A stretch of 64,000 nucleotides of DNA from assembly GCF_009914755.1 (NCBI RefSeq), contig NC_060947.1. The stretch is one strand, 5' to 3'. The notes beneath the pieces were generated by a model. That model did no database searches and was not told the origin of the DNA. It saw only the letters and a program-made list of their open reading frames with translations. This document shows, in pieces, positions 26,209 to 47,315 of this stretch. The DNA comes from the human T2T-CHM13v2.0 reference genome, Homo sapiens. The translations under genes and the position numbers were made by a program. Position 1 is the stretch's first letter; every line of letters starts with the position of its first letter.

Positions 26209-26516
26209 TTTTTTTTTTTTTTTTTTGAGACCAGATCTCACTCTGTCACCCAAGCTAGAGTGCAGTGACACCATGATAGCTCACTGCACACTCGATCTCT
26301 TGGGCTTAGACAGTCTTGTTGCCTCAGTCTTCTGAGTAGCTGGGACTACAGGCATGTGCCACTATGCCTGGCTAATTTTTTTTTTATTTAATTTTTTGTA
26401 GAGACCAGGTCTTGCTATGTTGCTGAGGCTGGTCTCTAACTCCTGGCCTCAAGTGATCCTCCTGCCTCAGCCTCTCAAAGCATTGGGATTACAAGCATGA
26501 GCCACCATGCCCATCC
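26209..26516 (-). mobile_element. AluJ
   Basis: Full dimeric diverged Alu with T-tail. Confidence 0.9.
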
Positions 26517-26799
26517 CCTACTTGCATTTCTGATTTTAGTAACTTGTGTCTTCTCTTTTTTTTTCCTTGGTCAGTCTAGCTAGAGATTTGTCAATTTTGT
26601 TAATCTTGTCAAATAACCAACTGTCAAGTCATTGATTTCCTCCATTTTTCTCTATTCTCTACTTCATTTACCTCTACTCTTTGTTACTTCCTTCCTTCTG
26701 CTAGTTTTGAGTTTAGTTTCCTCTTATTTTTCTGGCGTCTTGAGGTGTAAAGTTGATCTTCTCCCTGGTTCTGTCCATTATTGAAAGTGGTAAATTAAT

Positions 26800-27528
<729 letters not shown>

Positions 27529-27530
<2 letters not shown>

Positions 27531-27541
27531 TATATATACAC

Positions 27542-27577
<36 letters not shown>

Positions 27578-27668
27578 GTATATACATATATATATGTGTA
27601 TATATATATACATATATATATATATATGTATATACATATATATATGTGTATATATATATGTGTGTGTG

Positions 27669-27699
<31 letters not shown>

Positions 27700-27712
27700 G
27701 TGTATATATATA
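27529..27712. repeat. Interrupted (TA)n/(TG)n/(CA)n low-complexity repeat at an L1PA tail
   Basis: Directly visible, ~185 bp. Confidence 0.95.
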
Positions 27713-28092
27713 TTATTATTATTATACTTTAAGTTCTGGGTTACATGTGCAGAACATGCAGTTTTGTTACATAGGTATACACATGCCATGGTGGTTTGCT
27801 GCACCCATCAACCCATCACCTACATTAGTTATTTCTCCTAATGTTATCCCTCCCCTAGCCCCCCACCCCCAACAGGCCCTGGTGTGTGATGTTCCCCTCC
27901 CTGTGTCCATGTGTTCTCATTGTTCAACTCCCACTTATGAGTGGGAACATGCAGTGTTTGGTTTTCTGATCTTGTGATAGTTTGCTGAGAATGATGGTTT
28001 CCAGCTTCATCCATGTCCCTGCAAAGGACATGAACTCATCCTTTTTTATGGCTGCATAGTATTCCATGGTGTATATGTGCCACATTTTCTTA
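27713..28092 (-). mobile_element. L1PA 3'UTR fragment
   Basis: ttattatactttaagttctgggttacatgtgcagaacatgcag...gtatatgtgccacattttctt. Confidence 0.92.
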
Positions 28093-28439
28093 AAACCCAA
28101 AATCCTGTGTTTTGACAGGGCTCTCTTTGACTGAACACAGCCAGCTGTTAAACCCCACTAATTGCTGGCTGATTGTTCTATTGTTTTCAAAAATCCTTAA
28201 GGGCCTAAATTGTTCCAAAAACTGGTCCAATCAAATTCTGGCACCTTTGAAGCATAGTTCCCTAGATCAGTATTTGAGATTTGTTCTGATACCAGGAGGG
28301 CTCTTCTCAGCTGTCTCTTCTCTGTTTCTCTCCAGTGAACTAGCCAGCTTACAGTTAAGCCTGTATCTCCAATGAATATATTATTCTCCTACCAATTACC
28401 TTTTGCCACAGTCTCCACTGTTTTTGAGAACATCTCCAA

Positions 28440-31940
<3,501 letters not shown>

Positions 31941-32936
31941 GCTCTTCACACTGTCATGCTTGAAGTGGAACCTGCCACTTCATTTCATACTGCTGAATAA
32001 TATTCCATTCCATCTTATAGCTATACCACATTTTATTTATCCATTTACTAGTTGATACACATTTGTGCTGTTTCTACTTTTTGGATATTATGAATAATGC
32101 TGCAATAAATATTTATGTAATGTGAGCTCTTTCTGCCCTTTTTTGTATGGCATCCTTTGATGCACAAAAATTTTTCACCTTGATTAAGTTTAACTTGTCA
32201 ATCTTTTTTTTTGCTTGTGTTTTTGGTGTCATATGTAGGAAATCATTGCCTAACCCAATATCATGCAGATTTTCTTCCATGTTTTATTCTAAGAGTTTTA
32301 TAGTTTTAGCTTTTACATTTAGTCTATAATCTTCTTTAATTTTTGTGTATAATCTCAGATAGAGGTCCTACTTTATTCCTTTGCATGTGGCTATCCAGTT
32401 GTTCAGAATTATTTGTTAAAAAGACTTTTCTTTCCCCATTTAATTATCTTGATATCTTTGTCAAAAATCAGTTGACCATAATTTTAGGGTTTCTTTATCA
32501 TCTCTTGCTTATTCAGTTGATCTAAATATCTAGTCTTGTGCTAGCACCATGCAGTCTTGATTATTGTAGCTTTGTGGTAAGTTTTGATATTGGAAAGTAT
32601 AAATCCCCCAAGTTTGCTGTTCTTTTTCAAGAACATTTTGGCTATTCTGAGCCCCTTTCATTTCCATATGGATTGTAGGATCAGCTTGTCAACTTCTGCC
32701 AAAAAAGATAGCTGGGATTTTCACAGGGATTGTGTTGAATCTGTAGATAAATTTGGGCCATGTAGCTATCTTAACAATATTAAATTTTCTGATATATGAA
32801 CATGAGATGTCTTCCCATTTATTTATATCTTTTAAGATTTTTTCAACCATGTTTTCTAGTTTTCGAAGTAAGAAATTTTTACTTCTTTTGTTAAATTTAT
32901 CCCTCCTTTTTTTTTATGCTTTTGTAAGTTGAACGG

Positions 32937-33277
<341 letters not shown>

Positions 33278-34439
33278 TAGCAAACTTGTTGAATTTGTTT
33301 ATTAATTCTCATAGATTTTTAGTGGTTTCCTTAGGATTTTCTATATACAAGGTCATATTATCTACAAATAGAGATAGTTTTACTTCTTCCTTTTTAATCT
33401 GTATGCCTTTTGTTTCTTTTTCTTTTTAAACTAATTGCTCTAGCTAGAACCTCCATTACAATGCTGAACAGAGGTAGTGAGAACAAACACCCTTGTCTTA
33501 GGGAAAAGCTTTCTGTTTTTCACCATTAAGTATGGTATTGGCTGTGGGTTTTTCGTAGATGCATTTATCAGGTTGGGATGTTTCCTTCTATTTCTAGTAT
33601 GTTGAGTGTTTTTATCATAAACAGGTGTTAGATTTTGTCAGATAGTTTTCTGCATCTGTTGAAATCAGCGTGTGGTTTTGGCCCTTTATTCTAATGATTT
33701 TTAATTCATTTTCAGATGTTAAACCAACTTAAAATTCCTGGGATAAATCTCTTTTGTTCATGTATAATCTTTTTTATATATAGCTATATTTGATCTGCTA
33801 GTGTTTTGTTGAGGACTTTGCATCTATATTTATAAGGCCTGTAGGTTTCTTTTCTTGTGATGTCCTTTTCTGGCTTTGGTATCAGAATAATGCTGGCCTC
33901 ACAGAATGAGTCTGGAAATGTTTGTTTCTTCCCCGTTTTTGGAAGAGTTTGTGAATTTTTCTTTAAATGTTTTGTAGAATTCATCAGTAAAGCCATCTGG
34001 GCCTGGACTTTTTTATGGGAAGTTTTAAAATTATTAATTCAGTCTCTTTGTTTGTTATAAGTCTATTCGGATTTTCTATTTCTTCTTGGGTCAGTTGCTA
34101 GAAGCTGTTCTTTCTAGGAATTTGTCTATTTTATCTAAGTTACCGAATTTGTTGCCATATAGTTGTTCATAGTATTTGTTTATTTCTCTTTTTATTTCTG
34201 TAAGGTCAGTAGTGATGAGTCTTTTCTAGTTTTCTTTTGGTCAGTCTAGTTAAAGATTTGTTAATTTTGTTCTTTTTTTTTTTTTCAAATAACCAACTTT
34301 TGGTTTCTTTAATTTTCTCTACTTTTCTAATATTTATTTCATTTATTTCCTCTTTTATTATTTCCTTCCTTCTTCTTGCTTTGAATTTAGTTTGCTTTTC
34401 TTTCACTCGTTCCTTAAGCCATTTTTGCTTTTTGAATTT

Positions 34440-34686
34440 TCTCTTGTAAAGAGTATCACTCTGTCACCCAGGCTGGAGTGCAGTGGTGCAGTCATTGCTA
34501 ACTGCAGCCTCCAACTCCTGGGCTCAAGCAATCCTCCTGCCTCAGCCTCCCTAGTAGTTAGGACTACAGGTGTGCGCCACCATGCTGGGTTAATTTTTTA
34601 ATTTTTTGTAGAGCCACGGTCTTGCTATATTGCCCAGCCTAGTCTCAAACTCCTGGCCTGAAGTGATCTTCCTGCTTCAGCCTCAG
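34440..34686 (-). mobile_element. AluJ, partial
   Basis: cactctgtcacccaggctggagtgcagtgg...gtgatcttcctgcttcagcctc. Confidence 0.85.
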
Positions 34687-35416
34687 TTTTGCTTTTTGTT
34701 TTCTATATGTTTCACATCTTTTTTTTTTAACCTCTGTTCCTCTTTTACTGCCTTGTTTTGCATTAAGTATTTTCTAGTGTAGCATTTTAATTCATTTAAT
34801 TATTTTTTAACTTTTTAAAAAAGTTTTTTTCTTAATTGTTATCCTAAGGTTTATGATATACACCTTAACTTGTCAGAATCTACTTCAGATTTGTAGTAAG
34901 TTAATTCCAGTGAGACACAGAAACTTTATTTTTATATAGCTCCCTTCCCCATTTTTGTGCTATTGTTATTATATGTATTATGTCCATGTGTGTTACAAAT
35001 CTAACAACACTTGGTTACAGTTATTACTTTATGTAATCTTATGTCTTTTAAAGAAGCTAATAGAAGAAAAGAGAGCATGGATATATTTATAGAGTTTAAA
35101 AAATACTAACCTTCTTAATTACCATTGCTGGTTCTCTTCATTTGTTCCTGTGGATTTGAGTTACCATCTAGTGTCATTTCCTTATTCCAGTGCAGCTCTG
35201 TTCCCAACAACCTCCTTTACCCTATTGTTGTCAAATATATTATATTTTTATATATTTTATGGAAAACAATGCAATTTTATAGATATTGTTTATGAAATTG
35301 CTTTCTAAATTATTTAAGAAAATAGGAAAAATATGTAATTATTCTTATATCATTACCTACATAACTACCTTTACTGGAGCTCTTTGGTTATTTGTGCGAA
35401 TTTAAATTGCTGTCTC

Positions 35417-35572
35417 AGCCAGGTGTAGTGGCATGCACCTGTAGTCCCAGCTGCTTTGGATACTGAGGCAGGAGGATGGTTTGAGCCCAGGAGTTTGAGG
35501 CTGCATTGAGCTATGATTATCCCACTGCATTCCATCCTGGGCAACAGAGCGAGCCCCCATCTCTTAAAAAAA
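35417..35572 (+). mobile_element. Alu right monomer (FRAM-like) with TSD aaattgct(g/a)tct
   Basis: agccaggtgtagtggcatgcacctgtagtcccagc...catctcttaaaaaa. Confidence 0.85.
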
Positions 35573-35630
35573 TTGCTATCTAATGTCACTCCCTTTTAGC
35601 CTGAGAAACTTCCTTTAGTGTTTTCTGTAA

Positions 35631-36024
<394 letters not shown>

Positions 36025-36509
36025 TGACAGTTTGTCTGTTTGTTTGTTTACTTTCTGCATTTTGAATATGTCATCTCAATACCTTCTGCTCTCCGCTGTT
36101 TCTGTTGAGAAGTTAGCTGTTAATCTTATTGAGGTTTCCTTGTACATGATGGATAAGTTAAGTGTTTCCTCCTGCTTTCAAAATTTTCTCTTTGTCTTTC
36201 AATACTTCATTATTTCAGCAACTGTGATACATCTGGGTGTGGATCTCTTTGTCTTTATCCTGCTAGAAGTTCATTGAGCTTATTAGATGTGCATATTAAT
36301 GTTTTTAATCAAATTTGAGTTGTTTGAAGCCAGTATTTCATTAAATATTTTGTCTGTCCCTATCTCTGTCATCTCTCCTTCTGGTACTACCACTATGTAT
36401 GTAATATGTTGGTGCACTTAATGCTGTCTTACACTTCTCTGAGGCTCTGTTCATTTTGTTGTTGTTGTTGTTCTTCAGACTGAAAAATCTCTATTGCCTA
36501 TCTTTATTG

Positions 36510-36510
<1 letters not shown>

Positions 36511-36547
<37 letters not shown>
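36511..36547. repeat. (TG)n microsatellite
   Basis: Directly visible. Confidence 0.95.
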
Positions 36548-36550
<3 letters not shown>

Positions 36551-39500
36551 GCTTGGAGACTGCTTTCACAGGTCAAGAAGTTTACAATTTTGCTCCATGT
36601 TCAACAAGAACTATTACTTTAGTTTTCTCTCCAGTCATTCCTGAGAGGGCCTAGTCTTAGGCATATGTACAGTCTTTCAGACCTCCAAGGATGAGTGTGA
36701 TTTAATTTTAAGCCTGGCTGCCTAGGAGTGGGCCCTGGTTTAGGGTAGCTTATTGTTCAGTCAGTGATTTGTCACAGGTTGTGAGCCAGTAAGGCTGTCC
36801 TTTGTTGCTTGAATTGTGTGTGGCTTGAGGAATGTTTTGCAGTCTGTCCCACGTCCTGCCTTGATTGCTCCTGAAGTAGGTGCAGCCTAGTGCATGTGCA
36901 CAGCCTTCCAAGTCCATAGGGATGAGTATGATCCCATGAGGTGTCTTCTTAGCTGTTTCTTTCCATGGTTTTCTCTGGCAACCTTCTGGCTGGTCTGCCA
37001 TTTTTCTTGTTGCTACTAGTTTCATGAAGCTACCAGCCGTCTTAACTGCTTGCCGTGAAGATCTCCATTGTTTTCGACAGTGCCCTCAGGCATGAACTTC
37101 TCCATGCTCTGTTCTAAATAACGAGCCCCCTTAGGACAGAACTGTGGAGCTCTCCATCCTTAAGGCTTGCCTTCAGGGTCTGCCTCTAAGCCACTGCCCT
37201 GGAGCTGGGGGTGGGGAGAGTTCCTGGTTCTCCTGGAGTGACACCCCTTACTCTAAGAGTGGGTACTGGGGAGGTGGGGAGGGGATAGGAGTCCCTGATC
37301 TTCTCAGCTTGCCTCTCCCAGTATGGAGCTTGCATCCTATTAGCCAGCTGTGGTAGGATGATTGAGGCCTAGCATTCTTGGCCCGTTGTGCCTGGGGTAA
37401 AGATTCTGCCCTACAAGCTGGGACTGGGTGGGAGAAGGAAGCCCAGTCCTCTTGGCCACTTTCACCCAGAATAGAACTTCTGCAATACTGAGCTGGGAGA
37501 GATGAGACATGCTCCTGGAGTGAAGCTGAAACCCGTAGACTTGGAGCTGGGGAAATAGAGAACCTTGCTTTCTTGGCCACACCCATCCAGAACAGCGCTT
37601 CTGTAACATGGAGCTGGTGAGGGGCAGAACTGGAGCAGGTCATGGCTCAGATGTCACAGACTGTATCTGTTCTTACCAATATTTAGTAGATTTTCTTGAA
37701 TAAATGTTTCTCCACTTACTGTGTGCTCTGAGGAAAATTTCCAGAGACTTTAAATGGTTATTTAAAAAACTTTCACCAGCGAAATGATTGTTTCACTGAG
37801 GAAAAGCATCTACTTCCAACACAGCCATTCTGTAAGTCCTGTCCCCTTACTGAAAATTGTGACAGTGGAAAAAAATTTTTTGGTGTGGGCTTCTCTGTAT
37901 ATCATCTCTACTAGAACTCAATTAAGCCCAAACTCAAGATTTTATTCAGGAGGAAAGAAAGCATATAGAACAGTGAAATGGTGTTACAATGTGAGGCTTA
38001 CTTTAAAAAAAATAAAGAGTTTCAGACTTATCACATAAATGTTGACGTTTTGCAAAGTAGCTATTCTCCAGAATAAGGCATTAATCAGAAGGGGAAACAG
38101 TAGTAATTATGTGTAAAACATTCTGATCCCTGGAGCAGCAGAAATAATCTCATCCCTGGGAACCCTTGTGGGTTAAGTAGGGCCTTCTCTGCTGTTGCTC
38201 CAGCTATGGTTTTGATATTTCTTTCTAATTTTTTATAGAGAAAAACTATCATCAGTAAATATTGGCAAGAGCACGCAAAATAGCCCCTCATCTGGTCTCT
38301 AGAAACATACAGGCTGGGTCCACAAATGCAGAAAAGCAGATTGTGACATTGCTGTGACTTTGAACTGCTTTAGTGATCCCTTCCATGCTGACTGTTGGCA
38401 AAAGCTCGTTTTCCTTCTCTCTGCCTTGCTTTCTCCCTCCCTGAACAATAGCAAGGCTGTGGAACTCCTACCTTAATGGAAAGTGTGATAGCGCTGTGCC
38501 ACTGGGACAGATACCTCCTTTGGATTTGATACCCTCTCCTCAATTGTATCTCTTCTTAGCCTGCTCATCCCCACCATTTTATCAATGGAATAGTCAATTT
38601 TAAAGAAGTATGGGACTCCAAAGAGAAGATTCAGCCATGGCAGCTGTCACTTCTCTTCCCCCTTGTTCAGCCTGTTTGTGTCTTGTTTGTGGACATCCAC
38701 TGCTCCTTAGTGCCTAAAGCTGGCAACCTCATATGCTGGCCGCAGGACTACTGGGCTGGAGAGGCAGATACCAACCCATCTGTGCCCTGGCGACACTCCG
38801 CTATTTGCCTTTGCAAGAGAAGTTCACACCGAGGAGTGACTGCTGGAGACAATTACCACCACAGTGGTGACCTGGCCTTTCAGTTTCTTACCCTGAACTC
38901 CTCTGATTTACTCTCTCCATCATTCATACACCCATTTTTATCAAGATATCACTCTTTAAATCTCTGTTGGGAGCACAACCTCTCTCCTCCCACAGCTTCC
39001 CAGCACACCTGCAGTATGGTCTCTTGGCTTTTGCCCAAACATTTGTATTTTAGACACTGCTTCTCCACACCCCACACTTGTCTCTCCGTCTCTCTCTTCC
39101 TTTCCCCTCTCTCCCCATCAGTAAATGCTTTCAATTGCTTCTCTAAAGAGCCTATACCCCGTGATACCCTCCTTTCCTTGACCTTAGACCCTTCTTATTA
39201 TGACAATTATTATCTCCAGGCCCATTCCCTGCCCCTTCCCCTGGCTGTTTTCTCTCCTCCTCCTGTTGGCTCTGAGCTTGCTTTCTTTATAGTGATGGTA
39301 CTTTTTTTCTCTCCCAAACTAGCTCCTTCCTCATCACCATTCCTCCCAGCATCCTGGTTTGCAGCAGTCAGGTGAAAGAGAGAAGCAGGTCCCGGAGGGT
39401 CTTGGGGCATGTCCCTCTCTGTCTCAGGGAGAAAGCTGCTGCTGGCCCTACCACTAGTATCCTGTGAGAATAACAGCCCAGTGCTGCCAGAACCTATAGG

Positions 39501-39839
39501 TCTTCAAGAGAAGATAGAAACTCCAGATTTTAATGTAAACTGTCTCACTTTTAAATGTTGAAAACTATTCTTTTTTTCCCCAAGAACCTGGGGAAAGTAG
39601 CAAAACCCCCCACATCTCTGGGCTAGATTTAACTCCCCTATCTCCCACATTAACTCAGTTGCCCAGTTCTGGAAAGCTGCCTGCTAAGGACATATCCTCC
39701 ATTTCACTGGCCCACTGTGGTCCCTGCCTTTAAGCCTTGTCACCTGGATGACTATAATGGCCACCTAACTGGTCTCTCTGCTTCATGCCCCTCCCCGCCC
39801 AGTCTACTGTATACAACATAATTGCCTCAAAATAACAGA

Positions 39840-41820
39840 GTCTTGTGGTGAAGGGCTTGTACTCTGGGATCTGGCTGTGTAGATTTAGTCCCAGCTGCCA
39901 TTTATAAGCTAGGTAATCTTGGGCAAGTTAGTTCACCTTTCTGAATCTCTGTTTCCTTACCTGCAAAATAGGAAAAATAGTTATACCTCCTCATAGGCCT
40001 GTTGTGAGGACTTAGTAAGCCTGTTGTGAGGACTTAGTAAAGAACCATGCCTAAGCTGGAATAAGTACTCAATAAATGTTAAACAAAATTGTGTCATCCC
40101 CTGTTGCAAAGACCTCCAAAGGCTCCAATGCCTCTTAAATACAGTTTAGCCCCTTTGTCTAGACATTCAAGACCCTCTTGATCTGGCTTCAGCCACACTA
40201 GGCTCCTGTCTTATTATTTTTTTTCTCCCCTGCAGTGCTATATGTTCTCACTACCTCTACACTTTCATCCCCCGCAGTAACCTGTGAGGCAGCTGCTATG
40301 ATTATCCTCATTTCACAGATGAGCAAACTGAGGCTAAGTGTCCTGCCCAAGGCCTCCCGACCTGGAAGTGGAGGAAGCAGGATTTGACTCCAGATCTGTC
40401 TGACTAAAGCCTGTTGTCTTTCCACTAGACCGTAGAGAGGGAAAAACACACAGTGACAGGAAGACATGAGAGACTTGCGATTCACTTCTCCCTAGGGAAA
40501 ACCACAGAGCATTGTTTTTTCTCCATGAGAAACCAATCTGAAAGAGTGGTGTAACCATGTGAGAATGATACGGGGTGGGTTGGGGCCAGGATATGCTGAT
40601 GCTTGTGAAAACTGCTGAAGTCAGCACAAGGGACTTTTAAAACTAGATTTAGAACAAGTTGCAAAGCAAGAAAGGATTGGCCAGCTGCTTTGGGGCCAAC
40701 AGGGTAATATTACGGTTTGGCTCCTTTTGTAACAGGTGTGGTTAAGCTCTCCCTTAAAGGCTTTGGCAAGATGAGGTTAGCATAGCAGTTAGGTGCCCCA
40801 GATGGAGAAACAGAATTCTCAGGTTCAAATCTCCATTTTGCCACTTAAATCTGTGTAACCTTGGAAATGTTATGTCTCGTTTTCTCATCTGTAAAGTGGC
40901 AGATAATAATAACACCTACCTCACAGGGTTGTTGTGATGATTAAATAAAATAGTACATGAAAGCTCTCAGAACATTGCCTCACACACAGTAAGTTATTTT
41001 ATAAACAGTAGCTAGTATTTGTCCTTCATGAATATATGTGCTCAAACTTGGTGGCAGTCTCTCTCTCTCTTTTTTTTTTTTTTTTTGACAGCGCCTCACT
41101 TTGTCATTCAGGCTGGAGTGCAGTGGCACAATCTTGACTTACTGCAGTCTCAACCTCCTGGGCTCAAGTGATCCTCCCACCTCAGCCCCCCAGTAGCTGG
41201 GACTACAGGTGTGTGCCACCATGCCCAGCTAATTTTTTGTAGAGACAGGCTTTCGTCATGTTGCTTAGCCTGGTCTCAAATTCCCGAGCTCAAGCGATCC
41301 ACCCTCCTCGGCCTCCCAGAGTGCGAGGATTACAGGCATGAGCCACCGCGCCTGTCTGGTCTCTCTTCTTTCTTGACCTATTCCAAAAACCAAGACCATG
41401 GCCGCACCTTCTATTTGTAGACATTTAGAAACTTTCCAAAGTGCTCCAGACACCTCATTAGGAGGATGGTGGAAAGTTTCTGAAATCTTAAACAACTTTC
41501 TAGAAGGAGGTGACCATACTCTTTTATCCCACCTCCCTTATTACATACTGCTTGCATTTGTACAGCCCACTAGTATAAGTGCACAGACTCTGGAGAGGGG
41601 TGGCCTGGGTTCAGATTCCATCCTTGCTACTTACTCTCTGTGTGGCCATGGGAAGTTACCTAACCTCCCTTGACCTCAATTGTCTCATGTGTAAAAAAAA
41701 GAGATAAGAATAACAACTCTATCATGGGGTTGTTATGAGGATTAAACAAATTAATTCATCTAAAGTGCTTAGCGCAGTACCTACCACATAAGAAGCCTTA
41801 ATCAAAGTAGCTGTTCTCAT
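39840..41820. mobile_element. Cluster of MIRs (~39840-40080 +, ~40280-40420 -, ~40775-41015 +, ~41570-41820 +)
   Basis: Repeated MIR core motifs (ttgggcaagttag, cattttcacagatgagcaaactgaggct-like, tctcatctgtaaag). Confidence 0.75.
41070..41355 (-). mobile_element. AluJ
   Basis: Full Alu with T tail. Confidence 0.9.
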
Positions 41821-42401
41821 TACTATTAGAAAATAAACTAAGAAATCATTAGGCATCCCTTAAACTTCTCTTTTAGGTTTTCCTTTACTAGCTAGTTCTC
41901 ACATCTCCTTGCATTCTCAGCCCCTGATTAGAGCACTCGCCTTTATAAGGGAATCTTGGACTGCCGTCATATCCCTCCCTTGGACCTGCCAACCCCTGCC
42001 CTTGGGTGGTGCTTTATACCCAACTGCAGCCATAAGGCTCTCATTTGGTGCCAGGACTCTGCACAGAACAGCTTCTGAGGTAATCCTCCATAGACTGTCA
42101 AGCCCAAAAAGCCACTCGCTATAGGTCCTTAACCTCATTCTGCATAGGACTAGAAGAAAGATGTTTCCCAGCCAGACACACTTTATTCAGTCATGGAGGA
42201 GTTGAATGGCACCCCTGCATCAGATCAGAAGCTGCTGGCACATTCAGTACTGCTATTCAGGCTACTGCTTATATTTCTGTTAGGCTGGCCCTGGCCCTGG
42301 CATCATTTAGCCTATCTTGGGCTCACATCTTTTTTTTTTTTTTTTGAGATGAAATCTCCTATATCTGTTGCCTCTCATTTTACTACAGAAACTTGTCAAG
42401 G

Positions 42402-44106
<1,705 letters not shown>

Positions 44107-44183
44107 TCAGCTGTTGTCAACAACACCTGTGCTCATCTAATCATTTAGCTCAGGTGTCTCAAGCACTTTTTACATGCCAAACA

Positions 44184-44240
44184 GTGTGTGTGTGTGTGTG
44201 TGGGGTGTGTGTGTGTGTGTGTGTGTGTGTAGTGTGTGTA
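44184..44240. repeat. (TG)n microsatellite
   Basis: Directly visible. Confidence 0.9.
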
Positions 44241-44888
44241 CATATGTGCATAAGGATAAGTTGAAAGAGTCAATGAACAGAATGAAGCCTACTTGCAATC
44301 CAGTGCAGCACTGTGAGTCTGGGCTTTGGAGACAGATGGGCCTGATGCAAATCCTAGCTCTGCTTCTTGTCAGTTGGGCAATGTGGGACAAGTTAATCTG
44401 TCTTACTTTGATCAGCTATAAAAGGAGGATAGTAGAAAGATATACCGTGAAGAGTTACTGCAAAAATAAGAGGTAGCATATGTGAGTGCCTGATAGAGAC
44501 CTAATCAATGATTTTTGTAATTATTATTTTCCCTAGACCCAATTCTCAACTAGGGTGTTGCCCCTTGAAATTAAAAAGGAGAATCTACATGCAAAAATGA
44601 ATAATTTGGACTCCTAACCTTATATCATGTACAAAAGTTAGCTCAAAGTGGATCAACGACATAACTGTAAGAGCTCAAGCTGTAAAACCGTTAGAAGACA
44701 GTGTAGTTGTATATCTTTGTAACCTTGAATCAGGCAATGGTTTCTTAGATATAACACCAAAGGCACAAAAGACAAAAGAAAAACTAGGTAAATTGAACTT
44801 TATGAAAAGTAAAAAACTTTGTGCTTCAGAGGTTACCAAGAAAGGGAAAAGACAGCCCAAAGAATGGACAAAAGTTTTGTAAATCTTA

Positions 44889-45237
<349 letters not shown>

Positions 45238-45991
45238 TTAAAACTCAACAATAAAAAGACAAACAACTCAATTTAAAAATGAACAAAGATCTGAATAGAC
45301 AGTTCTCCAAAGAAGATATACAAATGGCCAACAAGTACATGAAAAGATGTTCAACATCATTATCCATGAGGGAAATTTAAATCAAACCACATGAGATCCC
45401 ACTTCCCACCCAATAGATTTGTTGTAATCAAACATACAAATAATAAGTGTTGACAAGGATGTGGAGTGACTGGAAATCTCAAATACCACTGGTAGGAACA
45501 TAAAATGGTGCAGCCTCTATGGAAAACAGTACAGCAGTTACACAAAAGGTTAAACATATGACCCAGGTTACCGTATGACCCAGTAATTCCACTCTTAGGT
45601 ACATACTCAAGAGAAATAAAAGCATATGTCCCCATAAAAAAAAGCTTGTACATAAATGTTCATAGGAGCATTATTTGTAATAGCCAAAAGATGGAAACAA
45701 CCCAAATGTCCTTCAATGTGTGAGTGGATAAACAGTTGTGGTATATTCATATGATGGAACCAGTCATAAAAATGAATGAAGTACTGATATATGCTACAAC
45801 ATGGATGAACCTTGAAAACACTAGGCTAAGCAAAAGAAGCCAGACACAAAGCCCATATACTGTATGATTCCATTTCTATAAAATGCCCAGATTAGGCAAA
45901 TCCATAAAGACAGAAAATAGACTAGTTGTTGCCAGGGGCTGGAGTGGGGAGGATAATAGAGAGCTAATAAGTTAGGGTTTCTTTTGGGGGG

Positions 45992-46817
45992 TGTGATGTT
46001 ATGAAATATATATTTGGTCTTTGTCTCCATTTCCTGGCATACAACTCCGAAAATCCTTGGAGTCTCCAAAGTGATGTCTTTTTGTATGCCTATGAGTTGA
46101 CTGATGGTTGGGTAGCCCAAGAATAGGGACTGGTCACTGGAAAGACCAAGGCATGAATAGAGGGTTGGGACTTTCAGCCCAACCTCCAGGGACGGGAGAG
46201 GGGCTGAAGGTGAAGTTGATCACCAATGGCCAATCATTTAAACAATCATGCTTACATAATGAAGCCTCCACAAAAACTCAAAAGAACAGGGTCCAGTGAG
46301 CTTCTGGATAGCTGAACACGTGAAGATTCATGGAGGGTGGCCTACCCAAGTAGAACATGGAAGTTCTGTGCCCCTTCCCACATACTTTCCTTGCTTGATG
46401 CATCTCTTCATCTGTATCATTTTTTATGTCCTTTATTATAGACCAGTAAATGTCAGTAAGTGCTTCCCTGAGTTCTGTGAGCTGCTTTAGCAAATTAATA
46501 GAAGAAAAGAGGGGGTAATGGGAACTCCAATTTGAAGCTGGTTGTCCAGAAGTTCCAGAGGCTAGAACTTGCAACTGGTGTGTGAAGAAGGGGGGACGCA
46601 GTCTTGGGGACTGAGCCTTCAACCTGTGGGATATGATGCTATCTTCAGGTAGATAGTATCAGAATTGAACTGGAAGACATCTGTGTCTACTGTAGAATTG
46701 ATTGCTTATTTGGCGAATGGGGAGAGAAAATCCCACACATTTGGTTACAGAATTTTCTGTGTTGATTGTTGTTGTGGTGTGAGAACAGAGGAAAAACAGT
46801 TTGTTTTTCCACTATCA
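45992..46817. mobile_element. MER21A-like solo LTR
   Basis: tgtgatgttatgaaatatatatttggtct...cctggcatacaactccgaaaatccttgg...gtttttccactatca. Confidence 0.8.
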
Positions 46818-46936
46818 CCGGGAAATGATCTAAAATTCACTATGATGATGGGTATACAACTCTGTGAATATACTAAAAAGCCATTGAATTGTCTGCTTTA
46901 ATTGATTGAATTATATGCTACGCGAATTATATCTCA

Positions 46937-47245
<309 letters not shown>

Positions 47246-47315
47246 AAAACTGTTAAAGGAAAAAAAAGGAATGAGAAAGGAACTACCCAGAGCCACCACG
47301 GTGGACTTGAAAAAG

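Larger units (their letters stand above)
23015..26790 (-). mobile_element. L1MB-like element (3' end and ORF2 region) with inserted Alus
   Basis: 3' end aagttcacccatttaaagtgtacaatttaatgg; ORF2 remnants such as [26 protein letters not shown] (24103-24300). Confidence 0.85.

Noticed and set aside
38683-39375. 230-aa + strand ORF
   Set aside because: Non-ATG start, Ser/Leu/Pro-rich composition from pyrimidine-rich DNA, no recognisable domain.
42330-42360. Alu 3' tail (ttttgagatgaaatctc resembles ttttgagatggagtctc)
   Set aside because: The similarity ends after ~12 nt and the segment lies inside the L1's 15-bp TSD, so transduction explains it better.
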